In this document: positions 45,808 to 54,794 of the stretch, in pieces | Layout: every line of letters begins with the position of its first letter | How positions within the stretch are numbered: position 1 is the first letter of the stretch | Source of the DNA: Deltaproteobacteria bacterium | Lineage (GTDB): Bacteria; Desulfobacterota; Desulfobulbia; Desulfobulbales; SURF-16 | NCBI GenBank assembly: GCA_016219175.1 | Contig: JACRCD010000032.1 | Span: forward strand, 1,963-65,962 | Direction of reading: 5' to 3' | DNA length: 64,000 nt | Made by a program: the position numbers and the translations under genes | Notes under the pieces: model-generated | Database searches by the model: none | What the model saw: only the letters and a program-made list of their open reading frames with translations | What the model was told of the DNA's origin: nothing

Positions 45808-48252
45808 ATGAATTTGAAGACTTTTTTTTGCCTTAGCGCAGCCTTTATAGCCTTGCCGTGTTTTTCCGCCAGCCCCGTAACGGCTGAAACCTACACTGCT
45901 CACCATATTCCGTGGTCCGGGTACTGGTGGCCGTACAGCTCGGGCGGCCTTGTCACGGGTGCAGGCTACTATGGTTCACCGGCCCCCATTGAGAAATACG
46001 AATTGCTGGAGGAGAGTTCTTATCCGGGTGAGCTGTCCCGATATTACCGGGACTACTATTATGATCCCGCGGCGCCGGACTGGTATGGCCACTGCAATTC
46101 CTGGGCGCTGGCCGCGATCTCCGAACATCTGGATATTATGCCCTCCTCGGAAGAAAATATCGTCTTCAGGGTGGGAGACAAGAAGGGGCTTCTGACCCTG
46201 GCCCATGAAAAGGATCTTGTCGAGCTCGGCGACGGAGCGAGCGCGGCTGTGTTCCACTACTGGCTTCTTTATTACCTGAAGGACCGGCAGCAGGGCTTTG
46301 TCGCTGATCTCGACCCCGGAGAGGAGCGCTGGAATTATCCCATCTATCAGGTTGCTATCCAGAGCAATCGCGTTGGCGGCACCGAGGAAATCAGCGCCAC
46401 CATCTATTATGCCACCGACAATGTTCATCCCGATTTTATCGGGGCGAAAAAAATTCAGAAGACCTACACCTATACCCTGCAGCTTGACTCCCAGGACAAT
46501 ATTATCAGTGGGGCGTGGACCAATGACAGTATAATCGATCATCCGGACCGACTGATGTTTCCCAAGGCCTTCCTGTCGGTTTCCCCTCTGCTTGATTATC
46601 AGGAGGTGCTGCGTATCGCCCAGTCGCGGGATGATCATCTTGAAAACGGAGATCAGCTTGTTTCTCTTCCACCGGGAAAATACAATCTGACATTGCTGGA
46701 TGTTGACCGGTATCAGCTTGTCTGCAATGCAGGTGATACTGTAGAGTTGGCAGTTGAGAAGGTTGTAGGTAGCCCGCTTGCCATGACTGCCGTTTTGATT
46801 GACGGTTCCGGCGCTGTGGTTGACAATGTTGAATTTGCCGGGGAAGGATCAGTTGTCTGGCAGTTTGCAGCGGCCAATCCCCCCTACGAACTGGAGCTGA
46901 GCCAGGCTGATTATTCGGCGCCCAATATTTACTCCCTGGCAGTGGATCTGGATAAGACGGCTAATTATCATTTCCCTTTTCTGCCCAAAAACGGCATGTG
47001 GTCAGGCTTTGCCCTGACCAACCCCTCTGATTCTCCGGTGGAACAGGTGATGCTGACCACCAATGACGAAAGCGGCAGGCCGCTGCACACGCTTTTAGGC
47101 CCGGAAACGCTGAATGGCGGGGAGAAAAAGGTCTTTCTTTTTTCCGCTCTGCCCTGGCGGCAGCATGAACTGGCGCAAACCTCCAGTCTGACCCTCCGGG
47201 CCGACGGCGAGGTGGAGGTTCTCAATCTTTTCGGGTCAACCACCCAGCTGGCCAGCCAGGTCCAGAAAATTAACGGGAGCAGTCAACTGATCTTTCCGGA
47301 AACAATACCGGAGCTTGACCCCAGGAGAAGTCTGGCCGCTACCATTATCAATGAGTCCTTTACCGGAGCCCAGGTCGACATCGCTGTTTTCAGCGCCAGC
47401 GGCATTTTGCTGAGTCAGCGTTCCGTCAACCTGGAAGGCAGGGAGCAGCTCAACATTAAACCAGGCGTCGCCCCTTTCTACTCACTGCCGGACGGAGGAT
47501 GGCTCAAGGCCACCACCCCTTCAGGCAATATTCTGTGCGGTTTTTATTATCTGAACGGGCCTGATCAGGCGGAAGGAATGTTTACCCTGCCGGCGGACAG
47601 TGAGACCAAGGTCATTCCGCACATCCCGCCGCCGGGAAACTGGTTTACCACGGTCACGCTGATCAACCCCAATGGCAGTGCAAACAGGATCGTCCTGCAT
47701 CCGGTTAAGGGCGGAGGGGATCAGACGCACGATCTGGTTGTCAACTTGAAACCCTTTGAGAAAAAAAATATTGAGTTGCAGGATCTCTTCGGCTTTGCGC
47801 CGGGTAATCCCCTTTATCACTCCATCGTGGAAATCTATGCGGAAAAGGACTTTGCCGGGTTTTACACCTATCAGAGCGCCTCAAAGACAGACAAGGCCAA
47901 ATATCCCCTGATTTCCACGGCAATGCTTGACTCTGAGCTGGTCATGCCCCATAATCCAGGGGCAAACGGCTACTGGTGGACCGGGGTGGGGGTTTTTAAT
48001 CCCATGGGGTCAATCCGGAACATAGAGGTGCTGCCCTATGGCAAACAGGGACAACTGCTGGCCGCTCAGAAAAAAAACTTCCAGCTTGCCGGCGGAGAGT
48101 ACAAGGTCTTTACTCTCAACGGGCTTTTCGGGGACATTGCCGCTGACATTTCCTTTATCAAATGCCGTCCTCTGGGAGATAATGACACCATCGGCGGATT
48201 TTATCTGTATGGCGGGAATGGCGAAAAGATGCTGGGCGGGGCTGTCATGTAA
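45808..48252 (+). CDS. Secreted protein: N-terminal transglutaminase-elicitor-like Cys/His fold plus four tandem roughly 100-aa modules
   Basis: Signal peptide. IPWSGYWWPY...SPAPIEKYELL...WYGHCNSWALAAI (Cys96, codon 46093-46095) ... ERWNYPIYQ ... DHPDRLMFP. Repeats then begin with FPFLPKNGMWSGFALTN, VIPHIPPPGNWFTTVTLIN and VMPHNPGANGYWWTGVGVFN. Confidence 0.6.
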   Translation: MNLKTFFCLSAAFIALPCFSASPVTAETYTAHHIPWSGYWWPYSSGGLVTGAGYYGSPAPIEKYELLEESSYPGELSRYYRDYYYDPAAPDWYGHCNSWALAAISEHLDIMPSSEENIVFRVGDKKGLLTLAHEKDLVELGDGASAAVFHYWLLYYLKDRQQGFVADLDPGEERWNYPIYQVAIQSNRVGGTEEISATIYYATDNVHPDFIGAKKIQKTYTYTLQLDSQDNIISGAWTNDSIIDHPDRLMFPKAFLSVSPLLDYQEVLRIAQSRDDHLENGDQLVSLPPGKYNLTLLDVDRYQLVCNAGDTVELAVEKVVGSPLAMTAVLIDGSGAVVDNVEFAGEGSVVWQFAAANPPYELELSQADYSAPNIYSLAVDLDKTANYHFPFLPKNGMWSGFALTNPSDSPVEQVMLTTNDESGRPLHTLLGPETLNGGEKKVFLFSALPWRQHELAQTSSLTLRADGEVEVLNLFGSTTQLASQVQKINGSSQLIFPETIPELDPRRSLAATIINESFTGAQVDIAVFSASGILLSQRSVNLEGREQLNIKPGVAPFYSLPDGGWLKATTPSGNILCGFYYLNGPDQAEGMFTLPADSETKVIPHIPPPGNWFTTVTLINPNGSANRIVLHPVKGGGDQTHDLVVNLKPFEKKNIELQDLFGFAPGNPLYHSIVEIYAEKDFAGFYTYQSASKTDKAKYPLISTAMLDSELVMPHNPGANGYWWTGVGVFNPMGSIRNIEVLPYGKQGQLLAAQKKNFQLAGGEYKVFTLNGLFGDIAADISFIKCRPLGDNDTIGGFYLYGGNGEKMLGGAVM

Positions 48253-48681
48253 TGCGTTTTCCCGGATTGTTGTTTGTCGTCGCGTGTTTCTCGAAACGCG
48301 AATATTCCGCAAGAGGAACAAGGAAGGAGGCGTATGTATGGGCGCCATTACCTTGGAGATACTGAAAAAGGCACCGAAAAGAAATCATAGATTGCGCGCG
48401 TCGGCACGGAGCCGACAATGTCCGAATCTTTGGTTCCGTAGCGAGCGGAGAGGTTAGCAGCCCAGAGTGATGCTGATTTTCTGGTAACATTCGCACCTGA
48501 ACGGAGCCTTCTCGATCATGGCGGATGATCATGGATTTGCGCGATCTGCTCCGCTGCCGGTTAGACGTTGTGAGCGAGGCAGGGATGCGTCCACGTCTGA
48601 TGGAACGGATCCTGAAGGAGGTTGTTTTCTTATATGAGGGTCGCCGCGGAACCATCCGTTAGAGCGGGATGGTTCCTGCGG

Positions 48682-49107
48682 TTATTTGGCCGGGGCAAAG
48701 GGATGTTCTCCCTCCTTCATTTGAATATACCACTTGCCTTTTTCCTTGACCCAGTATTGCATGGTCGGCGAGTCCTTGAAGACAAAGCCCATCATCAGCA
48801 CATCATATTTCACCATCACCTCCGCTTCCGTGCCGGAAGGCAGAATTTTGACCTGATCAATTGTCGAAGTGATAAAACTTATGGAATGTTTTCTGCGAAT
48901 GAAGTCATCCCTGCTTATCTGGGCTCGATACTTGGCATCATAGAGATCGTACACCTTGCCCCAGTCATCCTCGGTTTTGGCTTGGCTGAGTTCCGTCACC
49001 CTTGCCCTGAGCGCCTCTTCGGGATTCCCGGCAGCAAGCTGCAGGGTTGCGCAACCTGGTAATAAGGTAATGATGAGTATGGCGAAATACCTGGCACAGA
49101 AATTCAC
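48682..49107 (-). CDS. Small lipoprotein, unknown function
   Basis: Lipobox ITLLPGC, 141 aa. Overlaps the stop of the upstream gene (49104). Confidence 0.55.
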   Translation of the reverse strand: MNFCARYFAILIITLLPGCATLQLAAGNPEEALRARVTELSQAKTEDDWGKVYDLYDAKYRAQISRDDFIRRKHSISFITSTIDQVKILPSGTEAEVMVKYDVLMMGFVFKDSPTMQYWVKEKGKWYIQMKEGEHPFAPAK

Positions 49108-50333
49108 TTGAGATCCCCTTCCGTTGCCGGGGCATCAGCCGGTTTTTCGCTGCCATCGGCCGGTTGCTCACTTGCTGATGTGTCGTCCGTCTTCGTCGTC
49201 TGGTCCTTTTTATGGATAACGGTGATTTTTGCCGGGATCTCCTGGCCATTGTATTTCAATTTGGCTTTGATTTCTTCCCCTTCCGGTTCCCCGCTCTGTT
49301 TTATGAGATCCTGGCGTTGCTCCTTGATCTTCTGGTTGAACTCCTCAACAGAGTTGTAGACCGGCACCGTGGCTTTGACCGCGCTCGCTTCCTGCTTTTT
49401 TTGGGCCCGGATCGCCTGCATGTTTTCACGGTTTGAATCGGCGATCATCTGATCGACCATGACGTTATGCTGGTCAGCCTTGTCAAGGGCCACGGGATCA
49501 TTCTGCCTGATGACCAGCTTGCCGTCCTCTTTTGTAACGTTGACGGACAGGAAAAATTGTCCCTTGACTCCGGTGGGAACAATAACCTTATCCTGCTCCA
49601 GAGGGGCTTCGTTGATACTCTGATCGCTTGTTGTCACGGCAAGGTTGATGCCCGGCACCCCGTTAACCAGGGCCGCGGTTTCTTCCATGTCGAATTGCGA
49701 CAGGAGAACAATAATATCGGATTTTTCCTTCAGCTGGGGAACAAGCTCCTTGAGGGCGTCCTGGGCGGAAATGATGGTAAATCCTTTTACCTTTTCCGGG
49801 TCCACATAGAAATCAAATGAATTCTCCGGGAGCACGCCGACTATAGCGGCCCTGAAGCCGCCTATTTCCTTGATCACATAGGGTTTGAGCCATGTCTGCG
49901 GTGTTTCGCTTTTAATATTAGATGAAATAAAAGAAAAAGAGACCTTCTGGCTGGCATCGGCGAGATACTGGGCGCCGAAGTAGAATTCGCGTTGCCCGAG
50001 GTTCAGGGCGTCGAGCCCGAGAAAGTCGTAGATCTCAAAAGCCTGCCGGGCTCGAAGTTCCTGGTCCTGGCGGGCCGGGACGGCAAAAAGCCCGCCGCTG
50101 TCAACCATGAGAACGTTCTTGTTCGTTTCCTTTATATCCTCAAGCATTTTCGCCCGGCGCGAAAAACCGCCGGCATGGACGCCTCCGCACATCTGGGTGG
50201 GCATGAGCTTGCCGTTGATATTGCCTGTGTATATGATGGTGAGAGCCTTGTTTTCATCAGCCGGAGCGCTCGCAGCAAACAGGGCGACAAAAAAAAGAAC
50301 GAAAACGGTTACTTTGCGGATCATAAGCGTCAT
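49104..50333 (-). CDS. Secreted 5'-nucleotidase/UshA-like metallophosphoesterase-fold protein with degenerate metal motifs and a Lys/Glu-rich tail
   Basis: Signal peptide. LTIIYTGNINGKL, VLMVDSGGLF and LGQREFYFG occupy the positions of the D-x-H, GD-x-x and GNHE motifs. C-terminal low-complexity region. Confidence 0.4.
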   Translation of the reverse strand: MTLMIRKVTVFVLFFVALFAASAPADENKALTIIYTGNINGKLMPTQMCGGVHAGGFSRRAKMLEDIKETNKNVLMVDSGGLFAVPARQDQELRARQAFEIYDFLGLDALNLGQREFYFGAQYLADASQKVSFSFISSNIKSETPQTWLKPYVIKEIGGFRAAIVGVLPENSFDFYVDPEKVKGFTIISAQDALKELVPQLKEKSDIIVLLSQFDMEETAALVNGVPGINLAVTTSDQSINEAPLEQDKVIVPTGVKGQFFLSVNVTKEDGKLVIRQNDPVALDKADQHNVMVDQMIADSNRENMQAIRAQKKQEASAVKATVPVYNSVEEFNQKIKEQRQDLIKQSGEPEGEEIKAKLKYNGQEIPAKITVIHKKDQTTKTDDTSASEQPADGSEKPADAPATEGDLK

Positions 50334-50431
50334 GTTTCCTCCTTAAGAAAAAAATCAGAAATGTCCAACCCGGAATTATTAAACGAAATAAGAAAATAGA
50401 ACAACAAAAAACAAGCATGACGTATTTAATC

Positions 50432-50458
50432 TTGCATGTTGCCTGTATTGAGTATAGT
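50432..50458 (+). promoter_or_regulatory. Possible sigma70-type promoter for the oligosaccharyltransferase operon
   Basis: TTGCAT (50432-50437), 15-nt spacer, TATAGT (50453-50458). The spacer is shorter than optimal. Confidence 0.3.
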
Positions 50459-50523
50459 CTCTATTATTTTGTTCTGGTTTTTGCAAAAAAGAATGGCTGA
50501 AGATTGTTGGAAAGGAGGTATCC

Positions 50524-52671
50524 ATGCCTGATGCAGCATGGTTTCGTGAAAATAGAAAATCACTGGAAATAGCAGGGCTCCTGCTTGTTATGGCGCTGGG
50601 GTTATTTTTGCGTCTTGAAGATCTCGCCGCCTGGAAGTCCGAACCGGAAAGGGCTTTTTATCAAGGGGAACCGCTGGTAACGACCCACGATGGTTTTTTC
50701 TATCTCTCCCTGGCCCGGGATCTGGTTGATGGAACCTATGATCCGGTTGATAAAAAACGGGCGGTGCCCGATACCGCTGTGCGTCCCCCCATCCCGCCTT
50801 TGCTTTCGGTCATGACCGCGGGTTTGCACAAAGTATTTAATTTTTCCTATAACTGGATCGGGGTTCTTCTTCCTCCTGTCCTGGGCATCCTGCTGGCACT
50901 GCCGATGTATCTGCTGGGGCGATTTTACGGCGGACCTGTCATGGGGATGACTGCCGCCGCTACCGCGCTTCTTTCCGAATATTACATGGGAAGAAGCACC
51001 CTCGGCTGGTATGATACGGATAGCCTCAATGTCACCTTTCCCATGGCCTGCGCCTATTGTTTTCTCTCTTTCGGAGTTGTGGAAGGCATGAAGCGCTATT
51101 GGTATCTGCTGGCCGGGCTGGTCAATTTTGTTTTTTTCATCTGGTGGTGGGACTCGGCTCCGGAAATTGTCGCCGGCATCTGTCTTGGCCCCCTGTTTCT
51201 GGCCCTGGTTTTTTTCTACCGGCCATCCCGTCGTGAGGGGCTGTATTTTTTCGCCGTTCTTTCGGTTTGTATTCTTGCGGTCCTGTATCGGCTGGGCTTT
51301 GATTATCCCATCAGGATTTTTAATCAGGTTATGGGGCAGTTCGGCTATATCAGCTTTCAGGAGGCCGGGGCTTTTCCTAATATGAGCATTACGGTCTCAG
51401 AGCAGGAACGGACCGGGCTGATGGAGATTGTCAGAGGCACCACGACGAATCTGGTCTCGTTTATTTTGGCCTGGGTTGGGTTTTTCTGGTTGGCTATCCG
51501 CAAACCCAAGCACAGTATTTTCCTCCTCATCCCCTTCGTGTTAAGCCTGCTTTCCATTTTTTACGCCAGGCGCTTTCTTATTTTCATGGCCCCGGTCAAT
51601 GCCCTTGGACTCGGTTTCGTCGTGGCTCAAGTCTGGGGCACGCGCCAGAAGTGGAAGATCTGCGGATACATCGCCCCGGCCCTTTTTCTTTTTTTCACGG
51701 TGCCGCCTTTTGTCACGGCCATGTCCAAGGTGAACTGGCCGAAATTTCATCCCCTGACGGTTACCGGCATGGATCTGGCCGGGAAGCAAACCCCTGATGA
51801 CGCCGTGGTCTGGGCCTGGTGGGATATGGGCTATCCGCTGCGCTACTGGTCCCAGCGGGGCACGATTTCCGACGGCACCTACCATGGCGGGGAGTTGGCT
51901 GTTTACAACGCCATCCCGTTCGCCACTAATGATTTCCGGCTAGCCGCCAACTTCATGCAGTTTTACGTGGCCCGCGGCAGTAACGGTATAAGCCAGTTGA
52001 TCACGGCTTTAGGGGGCAATAAACCGAGAAGCCTGACTTTTATCAAGGAGGTTCTGGCCGCGGGCCCGGAAAAAGGCCGAGAAATAATTACAGCCGAGTC
52101 CTTGCTTGCCCAAGGCGAATGGCGGAATACCGATGACTGGCTCAGGTTTTTCTTCCCTCCCGACCCCAAGCCGCTCTATCTTTTTCTTGAGTCCCGTCTC
52201 ATCGTTACGGATTATTGGTGGTACTGGCTCGGCACCTGGGATATCGCCAAACAGGAGGGCTTGCATCGTTTCTATAAGCCCTACACCAATGTCGAGATTA
52301 CTGACAAATACGCCCGCAACGCTAAAGGGTTGGATGTTGATCTGGTTGAGGGATTCGCCACCATTGAGGGCAAGAAATTTCAGCTCAAGGACGTCATATT
52401 GCGGGGCCAGGGCGATCAGTTTAAAAGACATAATTTTCATGACAAGGGGATCAATTTTGAAGTTTTTCTCCCGGTAAATTATGCGGTCCTGTCTGATCTT
52501 GATATTGCCGAATCGGTGTTTAATAAACTTTATCTGCGCCATATCGGGCCCAAGGAAGAGTATTTCCGTCCGGTTAACCTGTTGACCCCCGCTTATCAGC
52601 TCTGGGTGGTCAAGGGCGATCAGTTGCCCAAAAATAATGATCAGCAAAGGAAAGGTAAGGATGTTTCATGA
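50524..52671 (+). CDS. STT3-family oligosaccharyltransferase (PglB/AglB-like)
   Basis: 715 aa with many N-terminal TM helices. THDGFFYLSLARDL lies in the first loop, the WWDMGY motif (WWDYG type) is followed by TISDGTYHGG, and a soluble C-terminal domain follows. Confidence 0.8.
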   Translation: MPDAAWFRENRKSLEIAGLLLVMALGLFLRLEDLAAWKSEPERAFYQGEPLVTTHDGFFYLSLARDLVDGTYDPVDKKRAVPDTAVRPPIPPLLSVMTAGLHKVFNFSYNWIGVLLPPVLGILLALPMYLLGRFYGGPVMGMTAAATALLSEYYMGRSTLGWYDTDSLNVTFPMACAYCFLSFGVVEGMKRYWYLLAGLVNFVFFIWWWDSAPEIVAGICLGPLFLALVFFYRPSRREGLYFFAVLSVCILAVLYRLGFDYPIRIFNQVMGQFGYISFQEAGAFPNMSITVSEQERTGLMEIVRGTTTNLVSFILAWVGFFWLAIRKPKHSIFLLIPFVLSLLSIFYARRFLIFMAPVNALGLGFVVAQVWGTRQKWKICGYIAPALFLFFTVPPFVTAMSKVNWPKFHPLTVTGMDLAGKQTPDDAVVWAWWDMGYPLRYWSQRGTISDGTYHGGELAVYNAIPFATNDFRLAANFMQFYVARGSNGISQLITALGGNKPRSLTFIKEVLAAGPEKGREIITAESLLAQGEWRNTDDWLRFFFPPDPKPLYLFLESRLIVTDYWWYWLGTWDIAKQEGLHRFYKPYTNVEITDKYARNAKGLDVDLVEGFATIEGKKFQLKDVILRGQGDQFKRHNFHDKGINFEVFLPVNYAVLSDLDIAESVFNKLYLRHIGPKEEYFRPVNLLTPAYQLWVVKGDQLPKNNDQQRKGKDVS

Positions 52672-53608
52672 TAATCAGCTGGCCGTGGTTGTTCCGGCCT
52701 ACAACGAAGAGCATCTTATCGGCACGGTGATTGAAACGCTTCCCGGTTATGTCGACCATATCGTTATCGTTGACGATTGCAGCAAGGATAACACCGTTGC
52801 AGTGGTAAAAAAATATTGCGAGAAAGATGAAAGGGTTGTCTTGCTCGAACATGAAAAAAATCAGGGGGTTGGCGGCGCCATTGTCACCGGCTATAAATGG
52901 GCGATGAACAGGGATATCGAAGTCACGGTGGTCATGGCCGGGGATGCCCAGATGGATCCGGCCGATCTGCCGAATATCGTCCGACCCGTGTCCGAGGGCA
53001 AGGCTGACTACACGAAGGGAAACCGACTTTTCCATGGCGAGGCCTGGAAGGTGATGCCCAAATACCGCTATCTCGGCAATTCCTTTCTGTCGCTGTTTAC
53101 CAAGATTGCCTCGGGCTACTGGCATATTGCCGACTCCCAGACCGGCTACACGGCGATTTCGCTTGAGGCTCTCTATCTGCTTGACCTGGACAGTATCTAT
53201 AAACGGTACGGCATGCCCAATGATATCCTCATCCGCCTCAATACCCTGAATATGCGGGTAAAGGATGTGCCGATCCGGCCGGTCTATAATGTCGGGGAGA
53301 AATCCGGCATCCGGTTGCGCAGGGTGCTGTTTACCATATCCTGGCTGCTGATAAAGGGTTTCTTCCGGCGTATGTGGTTTAAATACGTCATTGAAGATTT
53401 TCATCCCCTGGTCTTTTTTTACATGATGGGGATTCTCCTGGCCCCTTTCGGCTTTTTTTTCGGGCTTTACCTTGTCTTTTACCGTCTGCTCCTGGGCGGT
53501 GTCGAGACGACCAGTGCGCTGTTTGCCGCTTTTCTCTATATCTCCGGTTTGCAGTCTCTCTTTTTCGCCATGTGGTTTGACATGGACTACAATAAAAATT
53601 TACGGTGA
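52661..53608 (+). CDS. Family-2 glycosyltransferase with C-terminal TM helices (polyprenyl-phosphate hexose synthase-like)
   Basis: LAVVVPAYNEEHLI, VIVDDCSKDNT and DAQMDP, plus two C-terminal TM helices. The start overlaps the oligosaccharyltransferase 3' end. Confidence 0.75.
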   Translation: MFHDNQLAVVVPAYNEEHLIGTVIETLPGYVDHIVIVDDCSKDNTVAVVKKYCEKDERVVLLEHEKNQGVGGAIVTGYKWAMNRDIEVTVVMAGDAQMDPADLPNIVRPVSEGKADYTKGNRLFHGEAWKVMPKYRYLGNSFLSLFTKIASGYWHIADSQTGYTAISLEALYLLDLDSIYKRYGMPNDILIRLNTLNMRVKDVPIRPVYNVGEKSGIRLRRVLFTISWLLIKGFFRRMWFKYVIEDFHPLVFFYMMGILLAPFGFFFGLYLVFYRLLLGGVETTSALFAAFLYISGLQSLFFAMWFDMDYNKNLR

Positions 53609-54789
53609 CGGATGTGCGGGTTCTGCATCTCGCCACTTCATTCCCTTTTGATGCCGGAAGTTTTGCCGGCTCCTTTATTCATCATCTGGTCAGAAATGAG
53701 GTTGCGCAGGGGATATCCTGCACGGTACTGACTCCGGCCGCCCTAAGGCCAACCGAATGGCCTGCTGAATATCCGGTCCGCCGTTTCCGCTACGCCCCGT
53801 GGTCCATGCAGAAAATTGCCCAGCAGCCTGGAGGGATCCCCGCGGCTTTGGCTGATAACCCTTTTTTTTATGGTTTGCTTTTGCCCTTTCTGGCGTCCAT
53901 GGCAACAAATATTATCCGTCAATCCAGCCAATATGATGTTATCCATGCCCACTGGGCAGTCTGCGGGGCCATGGCCGTTCTGACCCAGCCGTTTCATAAA
54001 CTGCCGGTCATCACCACCCTGCGCGGCTCTGATTTTCATTTTTCGCAAGAAAAAGCACCGCACCGTCTGCTTCTGGCTCAGGCTGTCAATGGATCCGCGG
54101 TCACGACGGCGGTGAGTGAAAATATGGCCGACACTCTGCGCGGCGCGTTTAACCGGCAGGAGATCCGTTTTGTCCCCAACGGGGTTGATGATGTTTTCTT
54201 CCGTCTTCCCGTGGCTGAGCCGCCGAGCCCGGATTGTCCCTGGAAGCTCTTGTATGTGGGCAGCCTTATTCCCATGAAGGGCGTGGATATTCTCCTGCGC
54301 GCCCTTGGCCGGTTATCCCATCATACCTGGCAGTTAACCGTTGCCGGCGAGGGGAAGGAAGGGGATTCCCTTCGCGCTCTTGCTAAAGGTCTGGGTGTTG
54401 CTGAAAGAGTCAGTTTCCTTGGCGGAGTTGCCCCCAAGGAGATCGTCAATCTTATGGCTGAGCATCATCTTTTTGTTTTGCCAAGTCTGTGGGAAGGACG
54501 GCCGAATGTTGTCCTTGAGGCCATGGCCGCGGGACGGGGGATTGTCGTCGCTGCCAATGCCGGCTGCCGTGAACTCATTGAAGACGGCAGGAACGGCTGG
54601 CTTTTTGAGCCCGGGAAGGAGGAACCCTTGGCTGTTATACTGAACTCGGTATTTGCCGGTGAAAGGGACATTGCCGCGGCCGGGCGGGCCGCGCGCAGGT
54701 GGGTGACTGATCAAGGTCTGACCTGGGAAAAGGCGGCGGCAAGGTATGCGGAACTGTATGATTATGCAAGACGTGAAGGTCACCGGTAG
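53605..54789 (+). CDS. Family-4 glycosyltransferase
   Basis: GTG start overlapping the previous stop. EGRPNVVLEAMAAGRGIVV...RNGWLFEP. Confidence 0.75.
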   Translation: MTDVRVLHLATSFPFDAGSFAGSFIHHLVRNEVAQGISCTVLTPAALRPTEWPAEYPVRRFRYAPWSMQKIAQQPGGIPAALADNPFFYGLLLPFLASMATNIIRQSSQYDVIHAHWAVCGAMAVLTQPFHKLPVITTLRGSDFHFSQEKAPHRLLLAQAVNGSAVTTAVSENMADTLRGAFNRQEIRFVPNGVDDVFFRLPVAEPPSPDCPWKLLYVGSLIPMKGVDILLRALGRLSHHTWQLTVAGEGKEGDSLRALAKGLGVAERVSFLGGVAPKEIVNLMAEHHLFVLPSLWEGRPNVVLEAMAAGRGIVVAANAGCRELIEDGRNGWLFEPGKEEPLAVILNSVFAGERDIAAAGRAARRWVTDQGLTWEKAAARYAELYDYARREGHR

Positions 54790-54794
54790 CTGAG

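Noticed and set aside
48038-48655. ORFs 48038..48457 (+) and 48245..48655 (-) in the spacer after the 814-aa gene
   Set aside because: The plus ORF is mostly the out-of-frame 3' end of the 814-aa gene. The minus ORF is Arg/Ser-rich with no start context or motifs. The region is reported as a low-interest unannotated spacer instead.
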